Source of the DNA: Candidatus Latescibacterota bacterium
GTDB taxonomy: Bacteria; Latescibacterota; UBA2968
Length of the DNA: 64,000 bases
Direction of reading: 5' to 3'
Assembly: GCA_965198115.1 (NCBI GenBank)
Contig: OZ240241.1
Span: 5,952,001-6,016,000, forward strand
Within the stretch, counting starts at the first letter, position 1; the number at the start of each line of letters is the position of its first letter. Below are positions 60,777 through 64,000 of the stretch, piece after piece. The notes beneath the pieces are model-generated. The model had not been told where the DNA came from and made no database searches. It saw nothing but the letters and a program-made list of their open reading frames with translations. Both the position numbers and the translations under genes were made by a program.

Positions 60777-61842
60777 ACGGTCTTCCCCGAATGTCCAGAT
60801 CGGGGTCCCTGGCCGTCGTCAGAACAACCTGGCCGAACTCGGACACCAGTTCGAGCACTGCCCGCGCGCGCGGGGTATCGAGTTCGGAGAACACGTCATC
60901 CATGAGGAGCACGGGTCGATGGTCGGTGTGTTCGTGTAGGTAAGCGGCCTCGGCCAATTTCCAGGAGAGAAGCGCGCTCTTCATCTGACCCTTGGATCCG
61001 AACTGATGAATCGGTCGTCCGTCGAGCTGGAAAATCAGGTGATCCCTGTGGGGTCCCGACAGCGTGTGCCCTAACCTGACTTCGTCCTCGCGTCGTGCGC
61101 GCAGGGCACTTAGCAGGTCGCCACAACGCGTCTCGGGGTCGCTCGAAGCCACCGTCCCACGGTAGGACAGCGAAAGGGTTTCGGCCTCGGACGAGATTCT
61201 TTCGTAGTAGCTCTTTGCCTTCGGCTCCAGGAACGTGAGGGTGCTGAGCCGGTCGGAGACGATTCGGGCCCCTGCCTCGGCAAGCTGTGAATCCCACGCC
61301 TCGAGCTGACCCGAGTCGACCAACAACCGAGGGCCTGCATCCTTCAGAAGCCGGTTACGTTGGGCTAAAACCCGACGATACGTCTCGAGGTCGGACAGGT
61401 GCGATGGACTCGATTGCGAGATCAGGATGTCGAGCAGACGACGTCGCTCGGGCGGTGTTCGCAATACCAGGTCGACATCTTCAGGGGAGAAGAGGACCGC
61501 ATTGAACTGACCCACGATGGCGGATACGCGCTGCAGGGGTTCCCCGCCCACGAAGGCCTTCTTCTTGTGCAGTTGCGCGTCGAAAGCGATTCGGAGTTCG
61601 ACGGGCTCGTCCCGCCGCTCGACCGATCCTTCGACGATGAAGCTGTGTGCTCCCCAGCGCACCACATCCCGGTCGTTCGCACCGCGCGACGATTTGGCGA
61701 TGGCCAGGAAGAAAATCGCTTCGAGGATGTTCGATTTGCCGCGACCGTTTGCGCCACTGATCGCTACACCCTCGGCTGGAAACTCGAAAACCGCCCGGTC
61801 GAAATTCCGGTAGTCGGCGAGCTCGAGCCTGCTCAGGTGCAC
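60757..61842 (-). CDS. recF: DNA replication/repair protein RecF
   Basis: YRNF, GANGRGKSNILEAI, GPHRD, GSKGQ, LLMDDVFSELD. Confidence 0.96.
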   Translation of the reverse strand: MHLSRLELADYRNFDRAVFEFPAEGVAISGANGRGKSNILEAIFFLAIAKSSRGANDRDVVRWGAHSFIVEGSVERRDEPVELRIAFDAQLHKKKAFVGGEPLQRVSAIVGQFNAVLFSPEDVDLVLRTPPERRRLLDILISQSSPSHLSDLETYRRVLAQRNRLLKDAGPRLLVDSGQLEAWDSQLAEAGARIVSDRLSTLTFLEPKAKSYYERISSEAETLSLSYRGTVASSDPETRCGDLLSALRARREDEVRLGHTLSGPHRDHLIFQLDGRPIHQFGSKGQMKSALLSWKLAEAAYLHEHTDHRPVLLMDDVFSELDTPRARAVLELVSEFGQVVLTTARDPDLDIRGRPYGIVDL

Positions 61843-61843
61843 A

Positions 61844-63034
61844 TCATTCGCTCAGTCGCAACGGCATGAGGAGACAGAGGTAGTCTTCACCTTCGGATTG
61901 ATCGACGGGCCTGATGATACCCGCGGTGACCGCGCTGTCGAGCTCGAACACGACATCGTCCGATTCAATCCGTCGCAAGATGTCCAGGAGATAGCCTGCG
62001 TTGTATCCGATCGCCATGGTCTCTTGATCATACTTTGCGTCGAGGGCTTCCTTTGCTTCGCCACCGATTTCCTGGCTGTTCGCCGAGAGCTCGATCTGAT
62101 CCTCGCCCAGTTCGAGGCGGACCTGATGCGTCTGGCTGCTCGCCAGAATTGACACACGACGGACGGCTGGTGCGAGCGCGTTGTTGGCGACGTGCATTCT
62201 TTTCGAATTGCCCGCAGGGATCACCTGTTCGTAGTCGACGTAGGGGCCTTCGATGAGGCGGGTGAACAGGCGGATGTCCTCTCCCCCTTCACCGTCGAAG
62301 TCCTCGGCGTCGACCAGTTCGAACATGAGATGGTTTTGACCGAACGACACCCGGCTGAGTCTGCTCCCCCCGGACACGAGCTTGAGGACGTGGTTGAGGG
62401 CGCGGGGGGGAACGATCGCTTCAGTCACGACCTGCTTCCCCTTGGGGCCCTGGAGGGTCTTTGAGAACTTGACGAGTCGGTGGCCATCGGTAGCAACCAT
62501 CGTCATTCGCCCCTCGCGAACTTGCCAGAGCACACCGTTCAGGACGGGTCTGGTTTCGTCCCTCGAGACCGCGAAGACGGTCTTCGAAATCATGTCCCCG
62601 AGCAGATCGCCGGACAATCCTCCCTCTTCTTCCTCCGTCCCGAACGTCATTTCGGGACCCTCGATTTCGGAGGGGAGCTCTGGGAAATCCTCGGCCGGAA
62701 CCGACATGAGCACATACGTTCCTTCGAGACCTGCCTGCCGTTCGATCGTGACTTTTCCTTCGTTGGCGACCACTGTAATCGTTTCGTCGGGAAGTTCCCG
62801 CACGATCTCGCTGAACTTCCGAGCAGGAACAGTCGTTGCACCAGGTTCGTCGACCTGACCGGAAACACCGCAGATGATCGAGATGTCGAGGTCGGTCGCA
62901 CTGAGCTCGATGCCGTCGGGGGTGGCCTGAATCAAGATGTTGGAAAGGACCGGGAGAGCGCTCTTGGAGGGGACGATGTCGAGGACTGCCTGAATGCCTC
63001 GAACCAGCTCTTCACGTTCGATTACCGCTTTCAC
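61844..63034 (-). CDS. dnaN: DNA polymerase III beta clamp
   Basis: ATDLD, DETRPVLNG, VATDGHRL, RLIEGPYVDY, LLMPLRL; GTG start after GGAGG. Confidence 0.96.
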   Translation of the reverse strand: MKAVIEREELVRGIQAVLDIVPSKSALPVLSNILIQATPDGIELSATDLDISIICGVSGQVDEPGATTVPARKFSEIVRELPDETITVVANEGKVTIERQAGLEGTYVLMSVPAEDFPELPSEIEGPEMTFGTEEEEGGLSGDLLGDMISKTVFAVSRDETRPVLNGVLWQVREGRMTMVATDGHRLVKFSKTLQGPKGKQVVTEAIVPPRALNHVLKLVSGGSRLSRVSFGQNHLMFELVDAEDFDGEGGEDIRLFTRLIEGPYVDYEQVIPAGNSKRMHVANNALAPAVRRVSILASSQTHQVRLELGEDQIELSANSQEIGGEAKEALDAKYDQETMAIGYNAGYLLDILRRIESDDVVFELDSAVTAGIIRPVDQSEGEDYLCLLMPLRLSE

Positions 63035-63099
63035 CGAATGACCCTCCGATTGCCTTGGAATTGGACCGTGAATACTTACGGAAAAGGGGCCCAAATCGA

Positions 63100-63636
63100 G
63101 CGCTCAAACTGCTCGAAAATTGGGTCCCTTTTAGGGCCTCTTCTTACTCGCCCAAAATCTTACGTAATATACTGATTTTTAGTAAACTTGTCAACGAACA
63201 GAACCCTCCGAAAACGGCTCTTTTCAGACCTGATATTACCCCCTATTTCCGGTCCATTTTTCACTCTACTGAAACGGCTTCACATCGGGTGTGGAAAACT
63301 CATTCCCTAAGACCCTCTGGCGACGTGTATAACTCCTGATTTTTAGGCCATTTCCAACCAGTACCCGACGTGTGGAAAAGAGGTGTGGATAACGATTGTG
63401 GATTGACTTTCGATCTGTCGAAGGTGAACAACCTTCGATTTACTCACATCTCTTCACTCGACCTCCACATTTTTTTCACGTCGTATTGCATACTCTTCGT
63501 CTCGCATCTTGTCTCTCTTTCCACACATCCCCAGGCTTGTTGTTGTCATTATTGTTTCTGACTTCTATTTCAAAACAATAAAAACAGCGACACCTTCAAA
63601 GGCATCGCTTCGCTCAAAAGACTCTGTAATGGACAA
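63100..63636. other. Probable oriC (dnaA-dnaN intergenic region)
   Basis: DnaA boxes TGTGGATAA (63384), TGTGGAAAA (63290, 63371), TGTGGATTG (63397), CTTTCCACA (63517); AT-rich; trio-like run at 63537-63560. Confidence 0.85.
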
Positions 63637-64000
63637 CTACCCCAATCCTTGCCGCAGTAACTGCGCCTCAAGCTGTCGAACCAGTTCAGAAAAAGCTGAG
63701 TCCTTTTCCATCCTCCTCTGAACACTCCGAACCGCGTGAATGACCGTCGTATGATCTTTTCGTCCGAACTGAACGCCGATCGACTTGAGTGGAGATCGCG
63801 TCAACGTCTTGCACATGAACATTCCGACGTGTCGAGCCTGAGCAAGTTCCTGTCGTCGCGAGGAACTCGTGAGCTGATCGATCGACAGCGAGAAGAAATC
63901 GGCTGTTGCTTCCTGAATGCGTGAAAGACTGAGATTTGGGTCACCACGTCTGTTTTCGATCGTATGGGGAAGAAGTCGACTGACGAGTCCGGTCGTAAGA
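63637..64000 (-). CDS. dnaA: Replication initiator DnaA, 3' end (domain IV)
   Basis: SSRRQELAQARHVGMF...IGVQFGRKDHTTVIHA; frame open to the window end. Confidence 0.95.
   Translation of the reverse strand, partial: LTTGLVSRLLPHTIENRRGDPNLSLSRIQEATADFFSLSIDQLTSSSRRQELAQARHVGMFMCKTLTRSPLKSIGVQFGRKDHTTVIHAVRSVQRRMEKDSAFSELVRQLEAQLLRQGLG

Overview
The window has two parts. (1) From about 1.4 to 30.1 kb is a heavily decayed genomic island lying against the 3' end of ssrA (tmRNA). It contains a P4-like integrase whose catalytic Arg is replaced by Gln, an AlpA regulator, terminase-small-subunit-like genes, cos-like motifs, three repA remnants, IS fragments and defence genes or relics (Avs2-like STAND NTPase, truncated HsdR, amber-interrupted HEPN protein, NucS-like nuclease, orphan HicB). 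(2) From about 30.5 to 64 kb is core chromosome of a GC-rich bacterium, mostly on the minus strand: sugar-nucleotide genes, glmS, argF, hydantoinase A/B, ftsEX-envC, surA, mfd, tRNA-Asp, hom, gyrAB, dciA, recF, dnaN, oriC and the 3' end of dnaA. The main finding is an intact 2.46-kb IS1-like cargo transposon (2091-4551, 18-bp inverted repeats, 8-bp target duplication) inserted in an IS200 tnpA. It carries a canonical 76-nt tRNA with an alanine acceptor stem (G3:U70, A73) but an Ile UAU anticodon, a candidate mobile AUA-to-Ala mistranslating tRNA. The tRNA appears co-transcribed with a DUF5343-like gene and overlapped by a predicted antisense RNA. Single-base frameshifts in core genes (glmS, hom, hydantoinase A) suggest assembly indels, so pseudogene calls resting on one indel are provisional. 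All family assignments come from motif recognition, not database searches.
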